From the human T2T-CHM13v2.0 reference genome, Homo sapiens: 64,000 nt of DNA. The DNA is taken from NCBI RefSeq assembly GCF_009914755.1, contig NC_060934.1. One strand, 5' to 3'. Under the pieces are notes generated by a model that was not told the DNA's origin, did no database searches, and worked only from the letters and a program-made list of their open reading frames with translations. A program made the translations under genes and the position numbers. Of the stretch, positions 28,924 to 40,310 are shown piece by piece (position 1 is the stretch's first letter; every line of letters begins with the position of its first letter).

Positions 28924-31486
28924 CTATGAATACAAATCACAGACAAATGTGCGTATTAAACCATACGGAGAGCACAGCTTCTGCAAGTCAAAGTCTAGGA
29001 CATGAGTCCATTCTGCTTCCTGCGTATCATGGTCTGCAAGCGACTTGAAGTGGGGGCAGCTGAGCAAAGGGGGAACTGGTAGGCAAGAATGGAAAATGAG
29101 TGAAAGTAGAAAAGCATCAGGGATTCTAAAGACAAAACTTCAGGAGAGAGAATGAAAATAAAAAAGCTAAAACCAAGCGTTGGCCTGTCTTCTGATCTGT
29201 CTGTGATGTGGGGGTGGCGAGGGGGGGCGCGGACAGTGCACACACCGTCGTCACAGGGCTGGGATCTGCCCAGCTGAAATGACACCATCAGGGAGCGGGA
29301 GGGCCCTGAGAACCTTCTCCTAGCAGATCAAAGCTTCAAACTCATCCTGAGTCCCTGGAGTCAAGAGGAGTAAAAGCAATGACTCCAACAGTCAGAGCTG
29401 CCTGGACACTGGAACAAGGCCGGCACAAAACAAATCCCCTCTTAGTGCATGAAGTGCCTGCAGCAAGGTCAGCACAGAAACCGCGGGGAAGGTTGTAGGG
29501 AGGAAAGTCCTCTGGGGCCACCGCAACGGTGTCACTGCCACAAAGTCACTCCCGGTGACGTCCCTCATCCACAGCCGGTCTCACGTGAATGTGAGCAACA
29601 CAGAGCAGAAAACTGCCTCGAGAGGCTCCAAACTCACAAGCCCTGTGTTTCTCACCTTCAAACTTTCCTAACCTCAGGGTTTTAGGGTTTTTAATCACAA
29701 TCCTTGGATTCAGATAAAGATAATGGTAAATGTAACAGTCTGAGATCAAATAACAATGACTTTAAAGCCTAAAATGAGTTCTTAAATACACAATGGCCTT
29801 TTACAACCTAGTCTCAGAGGCTTCAGCTGCCAGAGCGTCTCAGTAGTCAAGGTGTTAGAAGACGTGATAATGCTGTAATAGTGTAATAAAGGTAACAGCT
29901 ATCTTAACTGTTTTCTATTTCAGTACCATCACTGTTTTAATCTTTTCCCTCTTTTAAATCCAAACACTAAATCAGATTTTGTCGTTTACAACACAGTGCA
30001 AATTAAAACACCCTGAATTAATTTCATATCAGAATGAGAGTTCCTTAGATTAGTGTTATTATTATTTATCTACCACAGTATTTATCCCCTTGCTAATGAG
30101 AACGTGAAGAGAATGATTATCTTTGATTGTTCTGGTTCCTAGGACACTTCCCGGTCATACTACGTGCTCAGCAAATGTTTCTTCATTTTACTGATGTCGC
30201 AGGCAAGCTGTAATAAAATACAAAGTTACGGTGTGCATTCTAGCATATTCTTGAGCACTTAATTGCTAGACACACATTTATTCATGTTCCCTCCTCCTGT
30301 CTTCCTTAGCTCCTCATCCTCAACACCATAGGCAGTCTTCAAGACGGGCAGCTTTACAGTCATCTGGAATTCTATTAGGGGATTTTATTTTCCTGGAAAA
30401 GATCACTGGCTCATTAGATATAATTCAGGGAGTATTTTTTCCCCAACAAAAACAATTATTTTGTGGCTTCAGATTTCTTTAATGTGAACAAGATTAGGGA
30501 ACTATTATAGTTGGGTAAAACAATTACAATCAATTCTTTGCAACTGAAAGAAAAACAATGTGTTGTAACTGAATAAATCAATTACACTCAATTAGCACCA
30601 TTCTAGTTTGTGAAAGTTTCAACTTCATTCTCAGCTAAGAGTCTTGACATCCTAAGTTCATACACAAGCTAGTTAACAATAGAGAGTTTGATAAAACACA
30701 TGCAAACTTTTGGAAAAATTCTTGAAATATATTTGGTATTTTTATACTTCTCAAAGAGAAAAGGCAGGAAGTTAAGCTGCTGATATAAAGATACAGCAGT
30801 TCTTAACTGATTCATAAAGGAGATGTGTGTGATGTCAGCACTATTGTATTAGATATTAATTGTAATTTCGCTTGGCTTTGACTGAGGAACAGGCAACTGA
30901 ACAGAGTGTAACTGGTGAGGGGAGAGGCGGTGGGTGGCGAAGGGCTGAACCGGAGCAAGCCCGGGAAGGAGGCGGGAGCTTGAGAGAGACACCATCAACC
31001 ACGCAAAAAAGCAGCAAGGCCACAGAAAGGTGGCCCAGCGTGCTGCTAGCTCAAGCATGTAGATTTCTTGAAACATCTGGAGTAAAAGGAAAACCATAAA
31101 TAAAACGTTAAAAGGGAGATGAGCATGAGCATCTCCTTGGTAGGAAAGCCAGATGAACGTATAGGTCTCTCCAGAAATCCACAGAGGAGGCAGAGGAAGA
31201 GCGTACCAGAGAGCTGCTGCGAGGCAGGACGTGAAGGGAAATTAACAGCACAGCGTGACTTATTTTTATTAAGATTATGAAATGCCACGGGTAGTCTAAA
31301 GTGGAAAACAGAATGATGTTTTACAAGTTTATTCAGTTGTGGCTTTCATTAGCCACCTACACTTTCTGTTACTGATCCCAAGTTTATCCGCTGGGAATTC
31401 TGCTACCCCAGCGCTTCGTAGGAAACTAAATTTGGGGGTTGAGGGGAAACGGCAGGACTTTAGAGAATACAGCCCCTTCAGTTACA

Positions 31487-31670
31487 CCAAGTTACTCAGT
31501 ATTAGAACAATTCTCATTCGATACCAAATTACTCAGTATTAGAACAATTCTCATTCGATACCAAATTACTCAGTATTTGAACAATTCTCATTCGATACCA
31601 AATTACTCAGTATTAGAACAATTCTCATTCGATACCAAATCACTCAGTATTAGAACAATTCTCATTCGAC
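31487..31670. repeat. 37-bp AT-rich tandem repeat, 5 copies (ccaaattactcagtattagaacaattctcattcgata)
   Basis: Copies start at 31487, 31524, 31561, 31598 and 31635. Confidence 0.95.
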
Positions 31671-32902
31671 GAGCTTGTTTCTGACTCATCTTAGCAACAC
31701 CCAGTCATGCGTTCATCTACGTTAGCGTTTCTACGCAGATGGCGCTTTCCAGTGTTCACTGCGTTTTCATCTGATAAGCTGTAATCTTAAATTTGGAAAT
31801 GTGTTGCTTTCTTACATTCCTTTAACAAGTAAAAACCAAGATCAACCCACAGCCTGCAATTAAAATGGATAATTAAAATACAACATATAGATGATTAAAA
31901 TACAACATATAAAGGAGTTAAAATGCTTTGGTTGTGGGCATGAGTTCTGAAGAATCCAACTTTTCATATGAATATTCAGTCTGTGTCTTACGTCTCCCAT
32001 TCATCTTAACCTTGCAGGAAGGGGAAAGACACCAACCCTGTTCAAAGTTCCAGCAGCAGAGAGTGGCGATCCTTCTGATCGACATCAGAAGCCCCGTGAG
32101 AACTGTGTCTTATTGTCTTTGATTTCCCAAAGCTTAGTTCTGTGCCAATGCATACTGCATGCTTAAAACACCCAAGTGAACGTCTATTAGTTCTCAGAGT
32201 GAACACATGCACCCGAACAGTTCGGCTGCTCCTGGAATTCCCCGCATGTAGGCGGGGAGGCCTCAGAGGCCATCAGCTGTCATGCAGCAGCGACTCCAAG
32301 TACACAATTAGCTCCAGGGCTGAATTTGGCCGGAGATGAGGGTCACATAGAAAAGTCTTTCATGCTTTTGACTCAATAAAACCTATTTCTGAGAGCATAA
32401 TTAAAAAAATAAAGTTTATGCTTCATCATGGATGCCACACACTGTCCATTTAAAACTACTCAATGAAGCCATAAAAGCAAAGGGGCTACGAAACGCACGC
32501 TCCCAAACCCAATATGCTCCTAGGCCCAAATCCCACATCTGTCCTGAGATGCACAGGTTGACAGCTGCTGCCTCCCAGAGCCCCACCCTGAAAGGCTAGG
32601 GTCTGAGGTTCCACGGTTCAACATAGCATCTGGCTTTTGACCTCCATGGCTAATGTAGAAATCAATTCCTTTCCTACCTGCAATCAGAAAAGTGTTGTAA
32701 CAACAAAAGCTAAAGTTAAAAACAAAACCTGCCAACTGACAACAGGCGGAACTATGTACTGTACTATCCCAAGAGTCTAGAACTGAAACAGCTATGTTTA
32801 AAATTTCAGCTATCAACATAAATCTCAGACATGCAGACACAATATGAACCATTTTGGTCCTTCAGTTATTTTCGTATCTTTTGAAAATTCTAACTGATTA
32901 AT

Positions 32903-33040
32903 TTTTTAGAGATGGGGTCTTGCTCTGTCACTGAGGCTGGAGTGCTGTGACACAATCATAGCTCAATGCAGCCTCGACCTCCTCCTCCTGCCTCAGCTCC
33001 CAAGCAGCTGGGACTACAGGCATGAGCCATCATGCCAGCC
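32903..33040 (-). mobile_element. Alu monomer / AluJ fragment
   Basis: gagatggggtcttgctctgtc...gctgggactacaggcatgagccat. Confidence 0.8.
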
Positions 33041-33544
33041 TTTTAGTTACTACTTTCTTTGTAAAGCTGAAGCAGACAGAAAATAGCCTGACAATCTGCC
33101 CCTCCATGGCCTCTTATCCACAGAAAAAAGAGAAACGCACTTCTCTGCTACCGTTAACCATGTGCAAAAAGCTTACAGACTGTATTAATTGTACTGAAGA
33201 CTTAAGGGAAAGGCGGTTTCTCTGGCCTTCTGAAAAAGTCCCTTGGAAACCGATTTTGATTTTTCTGAGTGATACATACCAGAAAGTTTAGATAGACATT
33301 TTTTCTAACTACCAATCTTTGCTGAAAGCATGCATTTCAATAAATCACACATGTATTTAAGATCTAACATCTTATTAGAGCTATGGTCACTGCTTCAAGC
33401 AGCCATTTCTGGTTTTAACTCAAAAAATATTTAACAAATAACTTTTTATATTGAAATCAAATAGTTTTCCTAAAGAGTTTCTTGAGATTCCATTTATTTC
33501 TGTGCGGAAACATAAGGCAGCACAAAATCAATCAGTCACCAGAA

Positions 33545-33835
33545 GTAACAGACACTGAGCTTTGTGTGTTTGGGAGTGGCTGCGCGAGGGGGTGGGCAAA
33601 GGGCAGAGGGTAAACCTCCGGATTACCTTAAGTGAGGATTTAAACAGACACTGAGCTTCGTGCGTTCGGGAGTGGCTGCGCGAGGGCGTGGGCAAAGGGC
33701 AGAGGGTTAGCCTCGGGATTACCTTAAGTGAGGATGTAAACGGACACTGAGTTTCCTGCGTTCGGGAGTGGCTGTGCGAGGGGGTGGGCAAAGGGCAGAG
33801 AGTGAGCCTGGGGATTACCGTAAGTGAGGATGTAG
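33545..33835. repeat. 96-bp tandem triplication overlapping the exon 8 donor
   Basis: gattacc.taagtgaggat occurs at 33621, 33717 and 33813 (96-nt spacing). Confidence 0.93.
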
Positions 33836-34016
33836 AGGGGCTTCCCGTTGGTGTCCATGGTGGTCAGGCAGGGCGCCTTGGGCGAGATGGTGCCCCACCT
33901 CTGCAGTGCGGCCTCCAGCGACGGCGGCCAGTTCGTGACCACGCCCAGCTGCTCTCCGCGCATGGCCAGCATCTGGGCCCCCTCCGGCTTTGGTTGGTTC
34001 GGATCCGGTTGTTGAA
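33819..34016 (-). CDS. DIP2C: DIP2C coding exon 8 (198 nt): VQQPDPNQPKPEG...KPLYILTY
   Basis: Acceptor GATTTAG|TT, donor TACG|GTAATC. Contained in ORF 33724..34068. Confidence 0.95.
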
Positions 34017-34427
34017 CTAAATCGTTTGAATACAAGAGGTTACAAGAGAAATGCATCCACATTAGCATGGCTACTTTTTATTCTTTATAAAGAAGCCAAG
34101 AGATTTATACTTAAGCTGTACATTTATTAGCTGACAGAAAAGCATGCTTTTCTAGAATTGGGGTCTATACACTAGCATCACGGATGCTGGTAAAAAATTA
34201 GTTCTTGTAATTTCCAAGGCAGCATGTGGGTAGAGCGCTTAGGTGGACCTGCACACAGCTGCAAACTGATAACAGGTGGAAACTGCGCTGCACACTGTGC
34301 CCAGAGGCTGGAATTCAAACAGCCATGCTGAAATTTCCATTACCAACATCAGCTAGTGATTTTGGACCCCAAATTGCTTAAATCTTGCTAAATTATATTT
34401 TGTCCTGAAAGATTAATGATAAATATA

Positions 34428-34599
34428 TTTTCTGAGGCAGGGTCTCTCTCTTTTGCCTTGGCTGGAGTGCAGTGGCATGATCACAGTTCCCTGCAGCCTC
34501 GACCTCCCAGGCTCAGGTTATCCTCCCACTTCAGCCTCTGCTACAGTCCTAGCCTGTAGCTAGGACTACAGGCATGCACCACCACGCCCAGCTAATTTT

Positions 34600-34643
<44 letters not shown>

Positions 34644-34750
34644 TATATATATATATAATGTGTATATATATAATGTGTATATATATATAAAATGTATATA
34701 TATTTTGTAGAGACAGGTTTGGGCAATATATATATACACACACATATATA

Positions 34751-34811
<61 letters not shown>

Positions 34812-34939
34812 TTTTTTTTGGTAGAGACAGGGTTTTGCCATATTGCCCAGGCTGGTCTCGAACTCCCAGGCTCAAGTGATCTGCCTACTTTGACCTCCAA
34901 CAGTGCTGGAATTATAGGCATGAGCCACCGCACCTGGCC
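34428..34939 (-). mobile_element. AluJ with two internal (TG)n(TA)n microsatellite blocks
   Basis: Alu arms flank the microsatellite at 34603-34812. Confidence 0.9.
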
Positions 34940-35666
34940 TGAGCTGTACATTTAAATCTGCTACAAGTACTCTGAATAACAGGAACACGGAGTGAGTATT
35001 TTCCTGAGTAAAACTAAAATCAGTGCATCATAAATACCACCTGCCCAATCCTTGAGAGAGGTGAAGAATGGAAATTATCTCTTCCATTTCTGGAACAGAC
35101 TTGTCTGTCACTTTATGACTGACAAAATCAGTCGTTTCTACTTGTGGTTTAACACATAAGATACTAAGGAGCTCAAGTTTGCTACAATGAGCAGTTCTTG
35201 TGCTTTATTTCAACTTTAAGTTGTTTGTCTAAAAAGACCCAGGAGCATTCAGGGGCAAAGGCAGCAGCTCCGGCACCTATAAGGAGAGGCAGCAGGAGGA
35301 GGGAGGAGACAGCACTTCACACGCCAGTTTTGCTGCCAGCGAAGGATTTCCCCAGTTTACTTGTTTTTCTACATGTTTATACTTTACTTGTATTTCTATA
35401 CTCTTACAGAGTTCTTAGAGAGAGACCTGACCTGGGTCACAGAACAAAATCAACTCCCACAGAGGACGACTAACAACCAGGTTTAGAGACCTGCCGACAC
35501 CAAGGCTGCCTGGGAACATCACCCGCTCCCTACCTGGGTTCCCATCATGCGGCAAATGCCACGATTACTGCTCTTAAAAAGTAAAATAGCCTTGCAGAAA
35601 AAAATATCATTGTTTACGGGACCATAGGAGCATCTGGAAGAAACGTGTGGTAAAGAGTTCTCTCAC

Positions 35667-35786
35667 CTTCTAATAATTCTTCAAAGTCATCGACAAAGAA
35701 TTCTCGTAAAGGTGGTCGTTTCGGTCGTTTGAGGGTATTGACAAGCTGCTGGATTTTTGCTGACACCCGGCTACTTACTGGTACTC
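35667..35786 (-). CDS. DIP2C: DIP2C coding exon 7 (120 nt): GVPVSSRVSAKIQQLVNTLKRPKRPPLREFFVDDFEELLE
   Basis: Acceptor CTGTTTTTCAG|GA, donor GAAG|GTGAGA. Hand translation gives the conserved DIP2-family motif. Not in the ORF track. Confidence 0.95.
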
Positions 35787-37496
35787 CTGAAAAACAGGAA
35801 TCAGCGGGTGGGGAAAGCGATCATCACAGCTTCAATGAGCACCCACAGTCCCACAGTCCCACAGCCCCCTCCCCAGCGCGGCTACAACAGGCTGCATCCT
35901 AGATGCGATCCTGGGAAGGGCCCGAGGTGATCATGCTGTACGGTAGCCCCGTGGCTAGGCAGGAGACCGGACAGAGATACATCGGACCCGAATGTCTACC
36001 ACGTTCCAGGATGTGCTGTTCTGCTGGTCATGCTGGGAGGAGCCTCAGGGCCACACCTGCTTGACCCCAGCTCTGATTCTCAGGACAGAATTGTCACCTG
36101 CAGAGGGCAGACTCCTCATTCCCACTGCCCCAGGCCCCCTCTTCTCAACAGGGTGAGACCATCCGTGGAGCAGTAAGTCCTTCCCTGCGTCTATCTCTCC
36201 AGAGACCACCAGCATTCAGCCTCACACCAGCATTCAGCCTCATGGAGGCACGAGAGCATCGGGCCGCTGAGTCACGTCTGGAACCCCCAGCATCCCACAG
36301 CCCCGGGCTCAGGTTTCAGCACCACCACGCCCAAGCCCTGTCCACTCCTAATAAAGACTGAGCTCCTCACACGCGTTCCAAACCCACGCAGCTCAGCCCA
36401 CACACAGGCAATGCATCCTAAAGCACAGAAGTTAAAGTCTCTAAATTCAAATTTTTGTGTAACAGAATACTAGCCCCTACCTATCCAAGTGGACCGAGAA
36501 AAGCCCCATTTTAAAATACTGTGCTAATTATAATGAATGCTGCACCATTCTGAAAATCAACTGGTTTGATCAATGAAAGAGTCAAAGTTTTCAAATTTTA
36601 AGATAAATAAATCAAATGAACAAGACAGAGGACCAAGACGCTGATGCCACAACTAGATCAAAAGCGTCCTCCTCAGGCACACGCTGCAGGCCGGCAGGAC
36701 CTGGGAAACCATCACCCAGAGCTGTGGGCTTGGACGGTGCAGGGGTCTCTGTAGGTGCAGCTGGCAGTCCATTCCCCTCACCTGAGGCAGAGCCCTTGTT
36801 CGCCCCCGCACTGGACCATAAAAAACAGACTTCAACATTTGCAGGGAATAGAACAGAATTCAAGGAAATTTTTTCTATCAAGATTTTTTAATAGGTAGTC
36901 TCAAAATGCTCTATAGCACTTTAAGAATTGAGACATTAAATATTTCATATCTCTGAAAATACAGAAAAACACACAATCCAGAACTCTCAATATCCACACA
37001 TAGTATGTTCCCATTAAATAGCCCAACTAATTTGGTTCAGATGAATCATACCATTCCACCAGGCCAACGATTCTCAAGCTTAATTTGGCAGATGTCAGAA
37101 TTGCCTCAGGGACCCCCGAACTTCTAGCTCATGACGTCTGGGGTGTGACCCAGAATCACCCTCCCAGCAAGGGCCCCTGTGGGATTCTGGTGTGGGAGGC
37201 TATGACACGCCGAGACAGCACAACACACCACGCAGGATTTACCTGGGGAACAAAGGCAAAGGTACAGACTTGAAAGACGACAAAGTTACTAAAATGACAA
37301 GAATAACAAAAATGGCCAATTTAGTAAAGACGAACTCATCAGAGAACTAAAGCAAATAATGACACCAAAAGGCATTCCAGGAAAAGTCATCGCACTGGCA
37401 ATCAGGGCGATTTCAAGCGCACTAACTGGACACTTACGAAGGCACGGTTGGGCTCTGCCTCACGTGAGGATGTGGCAGTGCGCCTGTTGGAGCTAG

Positions 37497-38952
37497 GATA
37501 GGCATCCCTGTCTGCCTGCGCCTGTCAGGGTTCGAATAGGCCTCCCTGTCCGCCTGTGCCTGTCGGCTCAAATAGGCCTCCCTGTCTGCCTGCGCCTGTC
37601 AGAGCTCGGACAGGCCTCCCTGTCCACCTGCACCTGTCAGGGCGCGGACAGGCCTCCCTGTCCACCTGTTCCTGTCAGGGCTTCGATAGGCCTCCCTGTC
37701 CACCTGTTCCTGTCAGGGCTTCGATAGGCCTCCCTGTCCACCTGTTCCTGTCAGGGCTTCGATAGGCCTCCCTGTCCACCTGTTCCTGTCAGGGCTTCGA
37801 TAGGCCTCCCTGTTCACTGCACCTGTCAGGGCTCGGATAGGCCTCCCTGTCCACCTGCACCTGTCAGGGCGCGGACAGGCCTCCCTGTCCACCTGTTCCT
37901 GTCAGGGCTTCGATAGGCCTCCCTGTCCACCTGCACCTGTCAGAGCTCGGACAGGCCTCCCTGTCCACCTGCACCTGTCAGAGCTCGGACAGGCCTCCCT
38001 GTCCACCTGCACCTGTCAGGGCGCGGACAGGCCTCCCTGTCCACCTGTTCCTGTCAGGGCTTCGATAGGCCTCCCTGTCCACCTGCACCTGTCAGGGCTC
38101 GGACAGGCCTCCCTGTCCACCTGCACCTGTCAGGGCTCGGATAGGCCTCCCTGTCCACCTGCACCTGTCAGAGCTCGGACAGGCCTCCCTGTCCACCTGT
38201 TCCTGTCAGGGCTTCGATAGGCCTCCCTGTCCACCTGCACCTGTCAGAGCTCGGACAGGCCTCCCTGTCCACCTGCACCTGTCAGGGCTCGGATAGGCCT
38301 CCCTGTCCACCTGCACCTGTCAGGGCTCGGATAGGCCTCCCTGTCCACCTGCACCTGTCAGGGCTCGGATAGGCCTCCCTGTCCACCTGCACCTGTCAGG
38401 GCTCGGATAGGCCTCCCTGTCCACCTGCACCTGTCAGGGCTCGGATAGGCCTCCCTGTCCACCTGCACCTGTCAGGGCTCGGATAGGCCTCCCTGTCCAC
38501 CTGCACCTGTCAGAGCTCGGACAGGCCTCCCTGTCCACCTGCACCTGTCAGAGCTCGGATAGGCCTCCCTGTCCACCTGCACCTGTCAGGGCTCGGATAG
38601 GCCTCCCTGTCCACCTGCACCTGTCAGGGCTCGGATAGGCCTCCCTGTCCACCTGCACCTGTCAGAGCTCGGATAGGCCTCCCTGTCCACCTGCACCTGT
38701 CAGAGCTCGGATAGGCCTCCCTGTCCACCTGCACCTGTCAGAGCTCGGACAGGCCTCCCTGTCCACCTGCACCTGTCAGGGCTCGGACAGGCCTCCCTGT
38801 CCACCTGTTCCTGTCAGGGCTTCGATAGGCCTCCCTGTTCACTGCACCTGTCAGGCCTCAGATAGGCATCCCCGTCCACCTGTCGGAGCTCGGATAGGCC
38901 TCCCTGTCCACTGTGCCTGTCGGGGCTCTGATAGGCCTCCCTGTCCGCCTGT
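37497..38952. repeat. 38-bp GC-rich VNTR, about 38 copies (gataggcctccctgtccacctgcacctgtcagggctcg)
   Basis: Directly visible. Homogeneous core with decayed ends. Confidence 0.97.
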
Positions 38953-39652
38953 GAGTCCCGTGCACCACAAGATGACAGCATACCAAGGCTGCTCCATGCA
39001 GCTTCACACAAGGGCATTGTATTTCACCGCTAGGTTCTACCCTGACTTTTATGACCTCGGGAAGGACTGAGACCTAAATGGAATAGGGGCTGAGTGACAC
39101 GAACAGCCGCTGTAGTCAGAATATACCAAGACTGGGCCACAAAGAAGGAAGGAAGAAGCCCTCGGCCACAGCCTGTTACCAAGTCACCGATATCTCTGTC
39201 CAACGTGGATAAAAAGACCCTCTTTCCTCCGAAGTCTAAAGCAACATATCAGCCCATCTGACAGTAATTCTGTTGTACATTTAACTTCATCTTGCTCTTC
39301 TAAGTGACTGTTCATGGTCTTAACACACCTGTACAAGAATTTCTCAGTTGCTGAACCACCGTTATTCAGCAGCAAAAACGGCAGCAAATTCTAAAATTTC
39401 TTTTTCTTCTCATGACTAAATTCCTACAACATTTACATTTTTCCTACAAGGAATAACTGTGGGCTCACTTGGAGAATATTTGCATTTTTGTGGCTAGGCC
39501 ACCTTCCATGAGAGGCTCCCGAAGATCTGATAAATTGGCTTTGTCAGAACCGATTGTACCCCAGGAAGAAACACATCCAGTCATGGGCACGGAACGGGAC
39601 GTCAGCACAAACCGTTTACCAGAAAAAAACGCATCTCTCCTTTGGGACGTAC

Positions 39653-39787
39653 CATCCCCGGTCTCCATGAGCTCGGCGTTGCCGTACTTGGGCGCTGTCC
39701 GGGACCCCGTGGAACCCTGCGGTCTCTCCACCTGTATCGAGTGCTCTGAGGTGTACGTGGTTACGTCAGGAGGTGCAGAATGATTTT
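39653..39787 (-). CDS. DIP2C: DIP2C coding exon 6 (135 nt): ENHSAPPDVTTYTSEH...ELMETGD
   Basis: Acceptor TTCTTTACAG|AA, donor GATG|GTACGT. Contained in ORF 39465..39878. Confidence 0.95.
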
Positions 39788-40149
39788 CTGTAAAGAAACA
39801 CATCATGAGATTTTCTGGTGGTTGTGATGTTTGCTCTGAAGGTGGAACAAGCCACAGCCCAGGAAGAGACTGAAGCACAGGTGCTCACCCTGGGTGTGCC
39901 ATGGAAAGCCAGAGCCGATCTCAGCCGCATCTGCCACACACATCCAGCACAAAGGGGGACCCCAGCATAACTCATGTTGCCGCAAATGGAGCAGAGTTCG
40001 GTAAAACCTCAGACGTAATTTCCTAACGGGAGCCATGTCAGCAGCATTTTAACTAGAATAACGTTAGACTGGCAATGGCAGGGCGTCAGGAACCCTGTGT
40101 GTGTTCACGGAGGGGTCCTGTTTCCTGTCTGCCACAGTCGACGCAGCCA

Positions 40150-40310
40150 AAGGCCTGGAATTGGAAACCCGGCTCTGGAAACTTCTGGGGATTTTGGGAT
40201 GTCCCTTAAGCTCTCCGTGCCTCAGTTTCTTCGTCAAATGGGAACAGTAATGGCCATGACCGTGTAGGGTAGTTGGGTGGATTATGTGAGTTAACACGTA
40301 TACAGTTCAT
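40150..40310 (+). mobile_element. MIR fragment
   Basis: cttaagctctccgtgcctcagtttcttcgtcaaatgggaacagtaat. Confidence 0.7.

Noticed and set aside
31487-31670. 37-bp repeats of CRISPR-like length
   Set aside because: Copies are head-to-tail with no unique spacers, there are no cas genes, and the context is a human intron.
32010-32200. Possible cassette exon in intron 8
   Set aside because: There is no polypyrimidine tract before the AG, and the phase-1 frame contains a stop.
39184-39387. Open frame after exon 6 as an extra coding exon
   Set aside because: Entry at 39350 is in frame, but the acceptor is weak and the available donors either shift the phase or include a TGA.
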